From Lingula anatina (lineage: Eukaryota > Animalia > Brachiopoda): DNA of 64,000 nucleotides. Under the pieces are notes generated by a model. The model saw only the letters and a list, made by a program, of their open reading frames with translations. It had not been told where the DNA came from and made no database searches. The stretch is from NCBI GenBank assembly GCA_051362555.1, contig CM120646.1:7130001-7194000 (forward strand), given 5' to 3'. The position numbers and the translations under genes were made by a program. Positions 38,251-50,241 of the stretch are shown one piece after another (the first letter of the stretch is position 1; each line of letters begins with the position of its first letter).

Positions 38251-39064
38251 GACATCTCCACAACAATGTTGAACATTTCTCGCTTTAATTAAACGTGTAT
38301 TCAACATAATTTCACTTTAAAGATTTGTGCGAGATCAGTCATTTATACTAAAACTACGCAGCAGTAGATATCTGTGTTTGTACACGTCGTGCAATAGTAG
38401 CATATTATGATAAGCTCTGCACAGCACAACCAAATTCAGTGAAGCAGCTGCACATTGGGCTGACATATACGTGACGTTAATAAAAAATCTCAAACAAGGG
38501 CAACATACCATGAGTTTGCGTGAGATCATTTTTAAAATTTATTGGCCGTATTATTACATTACTTACAGTTTACAACAGGCATTCAGTGAATCCTCCAAAC
38601 CTTTAACAGTATCGTTATTAAATACGCTTCAAAGATTTAGATGTTGTCCGTGCTATAAGCATATGCAATGGTACATGTACATGTACATCTCTACCAAATT
38701 GATAGACAAAAGGGACCATTCGTTGTGTATAAATCAGCTGGCTCAATAGAAAAAGGCATTAGCGTGGTGTAAGTTAGTTTAATCAGATATTACTACAGTA
38801 GTCAGTAGTCAAATTACTCTTCTTTTAAAAGACACTTATAATTAGGCAAAGAGTGAAATCAACTAAGAAAATAATTATCCTGCATACTAGTATAGAATAA
38901 TGAATGGCCCCTTAGTGCATTTATTGATACGCCAACGGAAAGGCAAACTGTTTCTTTAAAATCTCATTCATTACGACCTGTTCTTCCAGAGTGCGGGTTG
39001 CCTTAGAAGTTGGTTATTAACCGCATCAGCTGAACAACAAGGAGAAGCTTATATAGGAATAATC

Positions 39065-39113
<49 letters not shown>

Positions 39114-39391
39114 CGTGGTGGGAGGGGGGCCGGCACACTCACACGTGTGTAAACTAGCAATTCGGCACCAAAGCAATCTTATCCAATCGTTACGCTGCCC
39201 AATAAAATAGAAAATCGTTCCACGTAAACGTTACGTTATCCAGTGCTTAATGCGTGGTTACAGTAGCTAGACCTACTCTTTCCAACAACAGGCATCTTCA
39301 TACCAGTTTACGCTTCAAGAAACTGATTCATCAGTAAATACTAGAAAGAAAGCATCTTAAGTCATATACTCACGAAGGCTTTACACATCGT

Positions 39392-39584
39392 CCCAGCGGG
39401 CAAATTATGTTGTTTTAACGTTGAAACAACGTTGAGCCATAACGTTGAGAAGCCGCTGGATAAACATTGGATTTGAAAGTTGTGTCAACCTCAGATACCA
39501 ACGTTGTATCAACGTCAGAAACCAATGTTATATCAACCCCACCCAGCGGGAAATTACAACGTTAAAATTTCCAAGGTTTAGATT

Positions 39585-39666
<82 letters not shown>

Positions 39667-40132
39667 CAAAGTCACAGTCACCTCAACCTGTCTATCTATA
39701 ACAGGTTAACAAGAACTGTCAACTTTATTGACTTCACTCCATCACATTTACAGCAACTTATTCATCCTAGTGTTAGCTCAACTTCAGTTTATTGGAATGT
39801 ATTTCTGAATAACAAGTTAAGAAAATTCACTAGTTCACTAAAGACACAAAACAACTGTCACTTTTACTTTAAAACCCTTTTGTTATTAATTTGATCAATT
39901 TAGTTTTAGTATTGATAAACAAAGTATCACGTTTCAATAATTAATATTTTAAATTACAATCCATAACTGCAAGGTTGTGTTAATGACCAAAATACAACGT
40001 TGAGTCAACGTCACATTATGACGGTGTTTTGACGTGGCTGGATCAATTTTACGTTGAATTTAGATAGATCAACGGCAATTCAACATATCAACCTGTTTTC
40101 AACGTTGATCCAACACGACTATGCCTGCTGGG
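39392..40132. mobile_element. Non-autonomous EnSpm/CMC-like element
   Basis: Termini CCCAGCGGGCA ... TGCCTGCTGGG, 2-bp TSD GT, many subterminal (C)AACGTTG motifs, internal (TA)n. Confidence 0.7.
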
Positions 40133-41301
40133 GTGTGATGTCGTTAGTGTTTTGAATCTGATTGATTTTGTTAACTCAATTAGCAAAATCGAAACACTAC
40201 TTATTTCCCCAAATGCAAGGATAAAAATCGACCTAGCAGCGTCAGGGTATCAGTTATTGCAAAAGCGACTATCAATTTGGTCAGAAAAAAAATCGCTGAA
40301 ACGGCGTTAACATCATTCGGTTATCATTCGGTCATTCCTGTGGACATTTTTCGATTATCAACATAGTGAAAAAGAGAAAAGGCCACGTAATACTTCTCCA
40401 TACTCACTTGAATGCACGTGCAGTAGGCATGAAAAAAAAAAGAAAATTCAGCCAGAGGGCAGACTATCAGGGTCAATACTTAAAAGCGAGCTATTTCACG
40501 TCAATCAAACGAACTTTCCAAGGAATAAAAAATTGGTCACAGGGTAAGGACTGTATTGACTTGTCGAGTAAACAGTTTTATAAGGCACAAGCCCAAGTTT
40601 AGTTTAAAAGACAAAATAAGTGTTCCTTTGAAGATCAAGTCCATTTCATTTGCATCATTTTCAGACAAATTTTCTTTTGATTTTAATTTTTATGACACCA
40701 CATTTATAATTTGAATTTTTAAAACTCTTTACATTTTAAATTACTGAATTTTCAGTTGATCTTTCTATATCTCTCTCAAAAAATCCTTTATTTTTGCCTT
40801 CACTTATCGAATAAAGGACAATGGAATGATTGATTTTAGGATTAACATTTTAAATCTGTATCTACTTGTACAGTATCGATTTGAAAGTTCGAGTGTGTAA
40901 AAAGAGTCAATGTTGCTACAGATATGCAAGCCAGGCACATCCGATACACTACATAAACATATCTGAACAGTTTTATGTTTTGCTGAGCCACTGCCTTGTA
41001 TGTGTGTGAGGCAGTGTTATTCAGACATTCGTGAGTGTGGCAGTGTGATTCATTTATTCGTGTGTGTGGCAGGTTTGCTCATCAATATTTTGTTGAGCTT
41101 TTTTGAAAAAACTCACTGAAGTTATATTTAAGACCTTACTAGTTTTTAAAAATTGTATCTAAATGAATCCACTTTATTAGTGTTCTAAACTGCCCATAAT
41201 GCTCTTAACAATGCAAAGACGCAATTAGTATATGATCTGGGACAGGTACTAATTGGGATGTGAGCTGGGCCACTAAGGAAATCTATAACTGACTCTATGT
41301 C

Positions 41302-41366
<65 letters not shown>

Positions 41367-41372
41367 ACTTAC

Positions 41373-41632
41373 AACAGTAGTCGCCTTGGTTTGTTATGAT
41401 ACACAGGTCGTCCACTCCGTGGTTTCTACCGTAGTTCCACCAGCCACCATTGACCCTGACCAAAACCAGTAGGGGTACAACTCCCATGGAACATGGAGTC
41501 GTCAAAGTTACCATCCACAGCAAGACTGGCAGGGTACCAAATTTGCTCGGTAGAACTTTGGCCAAATTCTGCGTGCAGCCTCTGCATAGTGTCCCATCTG
41601 CCGGGGAGAGATAACAAAAATATTAATTATCA

Positions 41633-41680
<48 letters not shown>

Positions 41681-41978
41681 GATGTGCAAGTATAAACTAA
41701 ATATAGCAATAAATGTTGAATATACTTTTCATCCTTAATCGGATTTATTGGGCATTTATACAACAGTTTTGAAAATTAGAAACAACCATCTAACCAAAAG
41801 GATGAATAATTTTATGATATTGTTCGATGTTACATACCATATTATTGCCCAAATACATATCTTTCAGCTCTGTGAAAAATCAATAATCAAACACTACTTT
41901 TCGCTATGTGCTTTTCCTGCTAAACTTGCCCAAAAATATCACAGTTACTCCAACAAAAAGCAGCCTTAGGACCACCAT
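41373..41978 (-). pseudogene. F-type lectin pseudogene, copy A (exon 1 41930-41978, exon 2 41373-41597)
   Basis: MVVLRLLFVGVTVIFL signal exon with a GC donor. Exon 2 has ASLAVDGN..SCT..WWLVEL..ITN, a 19-nt frameshifting deletion relative to copy B, and H->P and R->Q changes in the fucose motif. No downstream exons found. Confidence 0.8.
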
Positions 41979-42367
41979 GCCATAGTCACACATTTCGTTA
42001 TCCCAGCATTTGCCGATGGCAGACTGATCAAAAAAACATTTCGTTGTTGTCTCTGATGGTGATCTGATAAATGTGGAGTGATTGCAAAGAAGGAGAAGTT
42101 CACTTGATGCTTGAATGTTCAAAAGCGCGCCAATGTCATTCATTAGTTGCCTAATTGATGGATAGTGAAATATAACCGGGTGTTTTAAGTATATGGCTGT
42201 ATGCTGCAAAATGAACCTTGTCAACATTTCATCTCATCATTTTATTGTAAAAGCTTTTTCATCTATTCGATGCTGAATGTCAGTTATAATATATGTGTTT
42301 ATGTATTTTTGACTCCATACATTTCCGACCCAGTTTGTCCTCTCTCTCTAAGGTGAGCCATCACGAT

Positions 42368-42661
42368 TTTTGTAGATAAAGTAAATAAACTTGCGCTGGT
42401 TCTATTTTTTTTTTTATTGTTTTACAGTTTTACAGTATATTCCACGTGTGTATCACAACTCCGCATGGAGTCTACTCCTAACATGGAAAAAAAACACGTG
42501 TCCAAAAAAAATATCAGAACTCCGCATGGAGTCCACATGTGCACTCTTCAACCTCGAAGCACTACTCACTCTTTTTCCCCTTTCACCACCAGGGGGACCC
42601 ACCGTACAACACATCCAACACAATCCAACACAATCGGTTACAATCATAACAATATTTGACA
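42368..42661 (-). repeat. 3' LTR of the BEL/Pao element
   Basis: Direct repeat of 48297-48590, preceded by the PPT on the element strand; AATAAA on the minus strand at ~42413-42418. Confidence 0.95.
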
Positions 42662-42875
42662 TTTTCCCCACCTTGAAATATATTACATATATTTCAATGA
42701 ATTACAATACTAATAATCTTACTTTATTACTAGCAATACAATACGGTTAATAGTGTGCCAATTATCAAGTCCATGTCCAGTCCTTTGTCTTAATTCCAGT
42801 TCATGATAATAATATTCTCAGTTCACATTGAACATTCACAGTTCACTTTGATAGTCCACAGTTCATCATAACAGT

Positions 42876-45800
42876 TCATAAGTCCAATATAGTTGGTTTT
42901 TTAATATTTCTTCCATATCTTGAATATTGAGCAGTTTCTGTCTCAGTTGTGATGTTGGGAGAAAGCGCATGATCAATGTCAAATTGTTGCTTTCCTGTAG
43001 AAATGTTAACCCCTTGATCATCTAACTCAGGTTCTACTGGCAAAGATTCTAAACCTACCCCACTACTAATTTCAAGGTCATGTAACTTTTGTATTGGTCT
43101 GGTAATTAACCCTTTACTAGTTTTGACCTCAACTGACCTAACTAGACCATCTCTACCTGGAAAAATCCTTTGCACTACTCCCAATGGCCATAATAAACGT
43201 GGAGAATTTTGGTCTCTCACTAAAACTACTGATCCAATGTTTAACCCTTTCCCACCTGAAACACTACTTTGACAAGATGGAAGGTTACGAATGTATTCTG
43301 ATGACCATTTTCCCCAGAATTTGTTCAACAATTGATTTCTATGATCATACATGGCAACCAAGTCTACATTGTTCATATCAGGAATTTCTTCCAAATCATT
43401 CAAAGGACCACTGGTTAACAGTCTTCCTACAAGAAAATGTGAAGGGGTTAAAGAAACCCGGTCCTCAACATCATCTGCAACAAAGGTAAGTGGCCTGGAA
43501 TTGATACAGGCTTCTATCTCAAACAGGGTGATTTCTAATTCACTTCTAGTCAAAGACCGTGTGCCAATAGTCTTCTTCAAAGATGATTTCACAGATCCCA
43601 TCAAACGCTCCCACCATCCTCCCCACCAAGGGGCCAAAGGAACAATGAATTGCCACTTAGGACTATTTGAACCAAAATACTGCAATACAAGCTTCTTTGC
43701 TGCAACAAATCCACGTGTATTATCTGAAATAATGACTGAGGGCATACCACGGCGGGCAACAAAACGCCGAATTGCATTCAAAGTGTCCTCTGCTGAAAGA
43801 GAACATACAAGCTCTAAATGTACAGCCCGTGTAACAGCACAGGTGATCAGCAATATATAAAACTTCTTGCTGCCAGTATCACAACAAAAGAGTGGACCAC
43901 CATGGTCCAAACCTGAAAAAGAAAAAGGTGGCGCATTGTTCACTCTCATACTAGGAAGTGGGGGTACCGGCTGACTGCTAGCTGCAGTATCTAACCGTTG
44001 ACATGTGATGCATTCTCTTTTCACACGTTTACACATGCGCCTTGCACCAATAATCCAATATTCATCTCTCAATCTGACCAATAAAGAGTTCACACCTGCA
44101 TGCTTCAAAGTGTTATGCAAATGTCGAATGAGTAACAATGAAAAATGACCCTTTGGCAGAATGATAGGATGTTTTGCCTCATATGACAGATGAGAAAACT
44201 GTAATCTGCCTTTAACCCTTAATAAACCATCACTATCAATGAAAGGTGACAGTTTAAATAAAGGGGATTTCTTTGACACAGACTGTTTCTCAAGAACACA
44301 GGCTATTTCTTCACTGAAATTTTCTCTCTGCACAACAGATATCAGGTGCACTTTAGCTTCCTGAAGCTCCTTAAGTGTCAGATCTCCAGTACAATGAGCT
44401 TCTTTACTGGCTTTCAAATTGCCAATAAATCTCAAAACCCAAGCCATAATCCGGAGGGTCTTTGTAAATGTACTCCACTTTTCAAACTGGAAAACAACAT
44501 CAGGGGTTTCAAACTTGAGCAATACAGGATTTGATTTCATTTCAGAAATAACCACCCCTTCATTCACATCTGATTTAGACACAGTTTCCATGCTAGAAAT
44601 CTTTGGTGTAATTTCACGGAGGAAAACTGGTCCATGTAACCAGGTTTCAGATACACAAAGCTCTGGACCTGAGATACCTCTGCTCAGTAAGTCTGCAGGG
44701 TTCTGATTACCTGGACAGTGCAACCACTGAGTTGGGTCAGTCGGACTCTGAATTTCAGATATTCTGTTTGAAACAAAAGTTTTCCATTTTCTTGGATCAC
44801 TTTTTATCCAAGATAAAACTATGGTGGAATCAGTCCAGCAAGTATAAGGAACATTTGCTGAAAAATGTAAACTGTCTCTCACAAAGGACAGCAGTTTTGC
44901 AGCTAACAATGCTGCCAACAATTCAAGCCTAGGTAATGTTATAGGCTTCAGAGGGGCCACCCTGGTCTTACTATACACCAGAGAAATACGCCATATGCCA
45001 TCCTTGGACAAAGTGCGTAAATACACACAGGCACCATATGCCTTTTCAGAGGCATCACCAAATGCATGAAGCTGATATACCTCTACATCATTCCAGTGAC
45101 CCACTGTATAACATCGAGGTATTCTCCACCCTCTCACTGCATGCAAACCCTGCAACCAGCACTTGAACTGCTGTGCAATGATATCTGGGACAATCTCATC
45201 CCAGTCTAAGTGCAATCGCCATAGCGACTGAAACAAACACTTGAGCACTACAATGAAAGGTGCCAACAACCCCAAAGGGTCAAATAAACGTGCTAAATAA
45301 CTCAAAATAACACGTTTGGTAACACAAACATCAGAAGACAATTCTAATCCAACAAAATAAAAACAATCCTCTGTAGGCATCCACTGTATGCCAAGGACTT
45401 TAAGCATTTTTTCAGTGACAGACCTGTCACTAAATTCCTGACTGAGCAACTCGCCCACAGTGTCACTGTTTGAAACCCACTTTGAAAATTTCATGCCAGC
45501 TTGTTGCATTATGGAGTCTGCCTCTCTTATAAATGCACAAGCTTCAATCTCATCATCACATCCAGAAATGAGATCATCCACATACAAATTCTGATTCAAT
45601 TCATCCACTACATGAGAAGTAGGGTATTGGGACAAATGATGTTTCACTGTGGCATTTAACAGAAATGGGCTACACTTATTACCAAAGGGAACCCTCGTAA
45701 ATCTCATTGTTTTCACAGTACCCATATCATTCCATAAGAAACGATGGACATCACGGTCCTCTGGCTTCACTTGAATCTGCAAAAAAGCCTTGATTATATC

Positions 45801-48230
45801 AGCGCACACAGCAACTGGCCAACGTCTGAAACGAATCAATATTTCAATGAGATTTGGAATCAGGGAAGGGCCAGCTTCTAAACAATCATTCAGAGATATT
45901 CCATTGTAACCCTTTGATGATGCATCAAAAACAGGGCGGATTTTTGTACTGGCACTCCCCTCTTTGATAACAGGCCTGTGAGGCATATAATAGACAGGGT
46001 GGGGCAGCTCAGACACATTGGGAATATCTTCAACTTGTTCAATGAAACCATTTTCAAGATATTCACTGAAGACACCATGATACTGCTTTTCTAACGTAGG
46101 TGTTTTAGCCAGTTTTCTAGAGGTGTTATTCAATCTCTTTCTGGACTGAGATTCATTTTCCAATAAACTACCTCTAGCAAATTCATTTTTCCATGGTAGA
46201 GAAACTTCGTATCTACCACTGGCTAAATGCACCACAGAATTTTCAAACTGTTTCATCAAATGATCATCTGAAAAGGATGACTCATCCTTGGCTACCCCTA
46301 CACTCTCTAAATCCCAAAAACTATGGGCTGCTTTTTCAGAGAAGTCTGATAAACAGAATAGCTGATGAGAATGTGAAACAAAAGAGGTCTCAGAAACAGG
46401 CACTACTCCTGATACTATCCAACCAAAAATGGATTTCTGAGCAATCAAATGTTGTGAAAGTTTCACGGTTTCACCAGTGAAAAATCGCCAATATGAATCC
46501 AGGCCAATGAGGAGATCAATGGGCACCTTCTCCCCGGGACTATTTTCCACATTTACCACTTCTCCCTCAAGGGAATTAAAAAAATGTGGAGGTACTAATG
46601 GACAAGAAAGTGGTGCTGAAATGACTGGGACTCCAGTTGCCATGATTGAAATTACACCCTGATTTTCTTTCAAGACAACATTGTAAACATCACTAAATGA
46701 AGTTTGAGTTGAATTCTCATTGCCAAAGTAACTGTAAGAAACACATTCATGATCAACCCATTCAGGTGAAACCCTGTTCACCAAATCTTGGGAAATGTAA
46801 GTTTTATCAGACCCTGTATCAAATAACACATTGGCAAAAACACTCTCCTTGGGTCCTTGAATCTGAATTTTCACAACTTGCAAAAGTACCTTGCCCTTCC
46901 CAGAAAGTGAATGGTTAGTTACACCTGACCTATGAGTTGCTTGGTTAGTACCACCTGACCCAGGAGCAAAATCTCCTTGACCTACACCTAAGTTGGATCT
47001 AACAGGGCATGCTTCAGTGACTGATTTAAATGCACCACAAAGTAATTTGTTGTGGCTACCATTGCATTTAGTACATGTAACCCTACACCTACTAAAATTG
47101 TGACCCTTCTTAACAGCTAAACATCTAAAACATGCACCTATCTGACGTAACATGCGCTTTCTCTCATTAGGTGAGACTGTACTGTACATAGTAATATCAA
47201 AACAGTGGTCAATAGAGTGACCTGTACGATGGCAATAGGCACATGAGTTACCTGAACCGTTCACACTTGTTTGCAAAGCTGCTGCAGTACATGGCAATGT
47301 TTTTGACTTTCCTGTTGAACCACATGTAGTAACTCCCATTGTGAATGACTGTGACCTTTCCATACGTTGAATTTCTCGATGTAAAAAATCCATGGACCAT
47401 TCCAGATCACTCTCCCGATGCAGACTGTCACGAGCCCACTCCAGTCTCATGGTCTGTGGTAACCTTGATATCACCAAGGGCGTGAGGATAACTCCATATT
47501 GGCGTCCATGAATTCCTAAATTTTCCAAGCTCCTCACATGTGCTGTTAGGTCATTGTAGAATTTCCAGTACTGAGTGATGGTTGGATTGGATGGCAGAGT
47601 TATTTTCAATACTTCCTGGATGTGACTGAAAATGATTTTCTCACTATTTCCGAATCTATCTATTAAAAGTCTTTTTGACACTTCGTAGTTGTCTTTGGTG
47701 AGTGTTAGACCTGCAATGGTGGCCTGGGCCTCTCCCTCTAACAAAGAGCGCAGATAAGCAAACTTGGAAATAGTGGAAATGTCCTTATTATTGTCAATGA
47801 CTGCACAAAACTGATCGAAAAAAGCGGGCCAATCCAAGACATTGCCTGAGAATTTTGGTAAATCTATTTTGGGTAACTTAGCAGACGTACAATCTTTAGT
47901 AGCACTGCTCACCTCACGCGTACTGTCACTGGAAGGTGGAGACTTTATAGACTGTACCCGTCTCATGGCCTTAACATACCATGACTTGGCCTCATCTCTG
48001 AAAGCTGCCGCCTCCCGTTGGTCTGCTTCCATGTCCTCACTTGATTCAATTTCCATTTCCACATCCATTTGAACTTCATCAAGTTTAGATATCCGCTTTT
48101 CCAAATCCGAAACACAGTCTTTTAAAATGTCAATATCCTCTTCTTCACTTTCCAAAATATCTCTGATTCTTTCACATGAACGAGTCACCCAACCTCTCAC
48201 TGAGGCTCTGGATTTTTTTACCTTTGACAT
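42876..48230 (-). CDS. BEL/Pao Gag-Pol polyprotein (1784 aa)
   Basis: Gag LPKIDLPKFSG, three Cys/His knuckles, protease LFDTGS, RT YVDD, RNase H AFGDAS/WTDS/NPADLLSRG, integrase HHCC, SDN and WWGGWWER, in Pao order. No stops. Confidence 0.97.
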   Translation of the reverse strand: MSKVKKSRASVRGWVTRSCERIRDILESEEEDIDILKDCVSDLEKRISKLDEVQMDVEMEIESSEDMEADQREAAAFRDEAKSWYVKAMRRVQSIKSPPSSDSTREVSSATKDCTSAKLPKIDLPKFSGNVLDWPAFFDQFCAVIDNNKDISTISKFAYLRSLLEGEAQATIAGLTLTKDNYEVSKRLLIDRFGNSEKIIFSHIQEVLKITLPSNPTITQYWKFYNDLTAHVRSLENLGIHGRQYGVILTPLVISRLPQTMRLEWARDSLHRESDLEWSMDFLHREIQRMERSQSFTMGVTTCGSTGKSKTLPCTAAALQTSVNGSGNSCAYCHRTGHSIDHCFDITMYSTVSPNERKRMLRQIGACFRCLAVKKGHNFSRCRVTCTKCNGSHNKLLCGAFKSVTEACPVRSNLGVGQGDFAPGSGGTNQATHRSGVTNHSLSGKGKVLLQVVKIQIQGPKESVFANVLFDTGSDKTYISQDLVNRVSPEWVDHECVSYSYFGNENSTQTSFSDVYNVVLKENQGVISIMATGVPVISAPLSCPLVPPHFFNSLEGEVVNVENSPGEKVPIDLLIGLDSYWRFFTGETVKLSQHLIAQKSIFGWIVSGVVPVSETSFVSHSHQLFCLSDFSEKAAHSFWDLESVGVAKDESSFSDDHLMKQFENSVVHLASGRYEVSLPWKNEFARGSLLENESQSRKRLNNTSRKLAKTPTLEKQYHGVFSEYLENGFIEQVEDIPNVSELPHPVYYMPHRPVIKEGSASTKIRPVFDASSKGYNGISLNDCLEAGPSLIPNLIEILIRFRRWPVAVCADIIKAFLQIQVKPEDRDVHRFLWNDMGTVKTMRFTRVPFGNKCSPFLLNATVKHHLSQYPTSHVVDELNQNLYVDDLISGCDDEIEACAFIREADSIMQQAGMKFSKWVSNSDTVGELLSQEFSDRSVTEKMLKVLGIQWMPTEDCFYFVGLELSSDVCVTKRVILSYLARLFDPLGLLAPFIVVLKCLFQSLWRLHLDWDEIVPDIIAQQFKCWLQGLHAVRGWRIPRCYTVGHWNDVEVYQLHAFGDASEKAYGACVYLRTLSKDGIWRISLVYSKTRVAPLKPITLPRLELLAALLAAKLLSFVRDSLHFSANVPYTCWTDSTIVLSWIKSDPRKWKTFVSNRISEIQSPTDPTQWLHCPGNQNPADLLSRGISGPELCVSETWLHGPVFLREITPKISSMETVSKSDVNEGVVISEMKSNPVLLKFETPDVVFQFEKWSTFTKTLRIMAWVLRFIGNLKASKEAHCTGDLTLKELQEAKVHLISVVQRENFSEEIACVLEKQSVSKKSPLFKLSPFIDSDGLLRVKGRLQFSHLSYEAKHPIILPKGHFSLLLIRHLHNTLKHAGVNSLLVRLRDEYWIIGARRMCKRVKRECITCQRLDTAASSQPVPPLPSMRVNNAPPFSFSGLDHGGPLFCCDTGSKKFYILLITCAVTRAVHLELVCSLSAEDTLNAIRRFVARRGMPSVIISDNTRGFVAAKKLVLQYFGSNSPKWQFIVPLAPWWGGWWERLMGSVKSSLKKTIGTRSLTRSELEITLFEIEACINSRPLTFVADDVEDRVSLTPSHFLVGRLLTSGPLNDLEEIPDMNNVDLVAMYDHRNQLLNKFWGKWSSEYIRNLPSCQSSVSGGKGLNIGSVVLVRDQNSPRLLWPLGVVQRIFPGRDGLVRSVEVKTSKGLITRPIQKLHDLEISSGVGLESLPVEPELDDQGVNISTGKQQFDIDHALSPNITTETETAQYSRYGRNIKKPTILDL

Positions 48231-48296
48231 GGCTAAGCGTTCAAATCCGTGACGCTGTAGTCCTGCAATATGAATTCCCGGCTCTCGGCACCAAAA

Positions 48297-48590
48297 TTTT
48301 GTAGATAAAGTAAATAAACTTGCGCTGGTTCTATTTTTTTTTTTATTGTTTTACAGTTTTACAGTACATTCCACGTGTGTATCACAACTCCGCATGGAGT
48401 CTACTCCTAACATGGAAAAAAAACACGTGTCCAAAAAAAATATCAGAACTCCGCATGGAGTCCACATGTGCACTCTTCAACCTCGAAGCACTACTCACTC
48501 TTTTTCCCCTTTCACCACCAGGGGGACCCACCGTACAACACATCCAACACAATCCAACACAATCGGTTACAATCATAACAATATTTGACA
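48297..48590 (-). repeat. 5' LTR of the BEL/Pao element
   Basis: Begins TGTCAAAT on the element strand and is followed by the PBS. Confidence 0.95.
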
Positions 48591-50241
48591 ACGATCAATA
48601 AATATGCGTGATGTTGTTTATAAACTTAGTTCCTCGAGTACTGATTTTTTGTCTTGGGTTCATGTGTTGTTTTTTAATATTAATAAAGTTAATCCCAAAA
48701 AGGAGTGGCATTTTAATCGCGCTTTCTTTCTCACAGTCTTTTAGGTTTTCATGACAAGTTTGCAAATTTTATTGTTGATTTTAGATGTTCTATTCCTTAA
48801 TAAATACCTGTACTAACTATATAGAAGGTGGTTGTCTATATATCACCTTAATGTCGCTATGTTTGTAACCCGTCTTTAAATGCCAAAGTCCTCTTTTTTC
48901 TTGTGTCTTTGTTGCCTTAAAAACGTTAAATCTCCTCGCACTTGTCGTTTTCTATATATTCACTGAAGACCTACAACTAGATGTATGAGCTACATCTTTC
49001 CAACTGTTTAGAAAAAGGCATAACGGTAGCATTTACATCTAAAATTTTCAAAATGTTTCCGTTGTAGATGACAGTTTACTGCTCATTAACCAAAATAAAC
49101 TAACACAAATAACATTAAGGTCATGACCTTAATCACCCAACTCAACCCATCTCCTACCCCTACTGATTTTTCCATCACCCTGGTTGATTTAACCCTTTCT
49201 TCTTCTTAAATTTATATTAGGTTTATGTGTGTGCTACCACACACATACTTGAATTTTGAGATTTCTAAATAATTTGATATTTGGAACCTGCGGTTCGAAA
49301 TAGATTGAGATTCCCTTGGAAATGTACAGAGAAGAAATAGAAATGACCCCATCCATCGATAATGTCCTTAAAATCTCGAGATGTATAAGCGCCATACCCA
49401 TGCCAATTCCAGTAACCTCTGATACTCATATAAGTAGTAGAATGTAGTAGAATGTCGTCCTCACTAAAAGAAAAACTATTCGATACTCTGGTCATGCCAG
49501 TCGCTACTTATACCGCTGAAGTTTGGGGCCTTTCAAAAATCACCGACAGATCTCCAGTAGAAAAAATCCAAAGACCTTCTAGGCGCACATCCTAAAAGTA
49601 TAAACCAAGCCGTCAGAGGAGAATTCGGTAGCCTACCAGTATCCTTTAAAATCCAAACACAAGTTATAAAATCTTCGCAAGAAATATTAAACCTGGAAGA
49701 TAATAGTTTATTGAAACAGTCCTACCTGGATGAAATAGAAACATACAATCTTTAAAAAAAACATCCAATCTTACGGAGATAAAGCAGGAAAACATGTCAT
49801 GGTGTGAAGGTGTGAGACAAATACTTTAAAGAACGGCTTTGGTGATGTGTGGCTAGACCAAACATATGATAAAAAAACTTTATCCAATGGTTTAGGGAAA
49901 GAATCAGGGACAGAATAACACAAGAATGGCAGAGAGACATATATAACCAACACCAAGTCCAAATTGCAAGTTTATTGTCAATACAAGAACAAATATGTGA
50001 AGGAAAGATACTTAAATACAATTAAAGATAGAGATAAATGCACCATTTTAACTGGATTCCGCATAAGTGCGCACAACCTAGGTATTGAAACAGGTAGATA
50101 TGAAAATATTCCTCAAGCAGTCAGAATTTGCAAAAAGTGTAATTCTGGGGAAATAGAAGATGAAATCCATTTCCTTGTGTTGTGCCTTCTTTATACAGAT
50201 CTCCGATATGATCTTTATTCAGTGTACAAAAAAACAATATA

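Larger units (their letters stand above)
1..39065. repeat. Tandem segmental triplication (unit ~12.7-18.3 kb), extending beyond the left edge
   Basis: Collinear homology of exons, promoters and kilobases of flank: 2850-7600 ~ 15545-21735 ~ 33870-39065 and 9355-12410 ~ 25275-28800. Confidence 0.92.
42368..48590 (-). mobile_element. Full-length BEL/Pao LTR retrotransposon
   Basis: 294-bp LTRs (42368-42661, 48297-48590) with one visible mismatch. 5-bp TSD ACGAT, confirmed by the empty paralogous site at ~57329. PBS TGGTGCCGAGAGCCGGGA (tRNA-Phe-like); PPT AAGGTGGGGAAAA. Confidence 0.97.

Noticed and set aside
42391-42750. Duplicated small ORFs (also 48320-48601) and ORFs antisense to gag-pol
   Set aside because: They are incidental frames in the LTRs or shadows of the long ORF.
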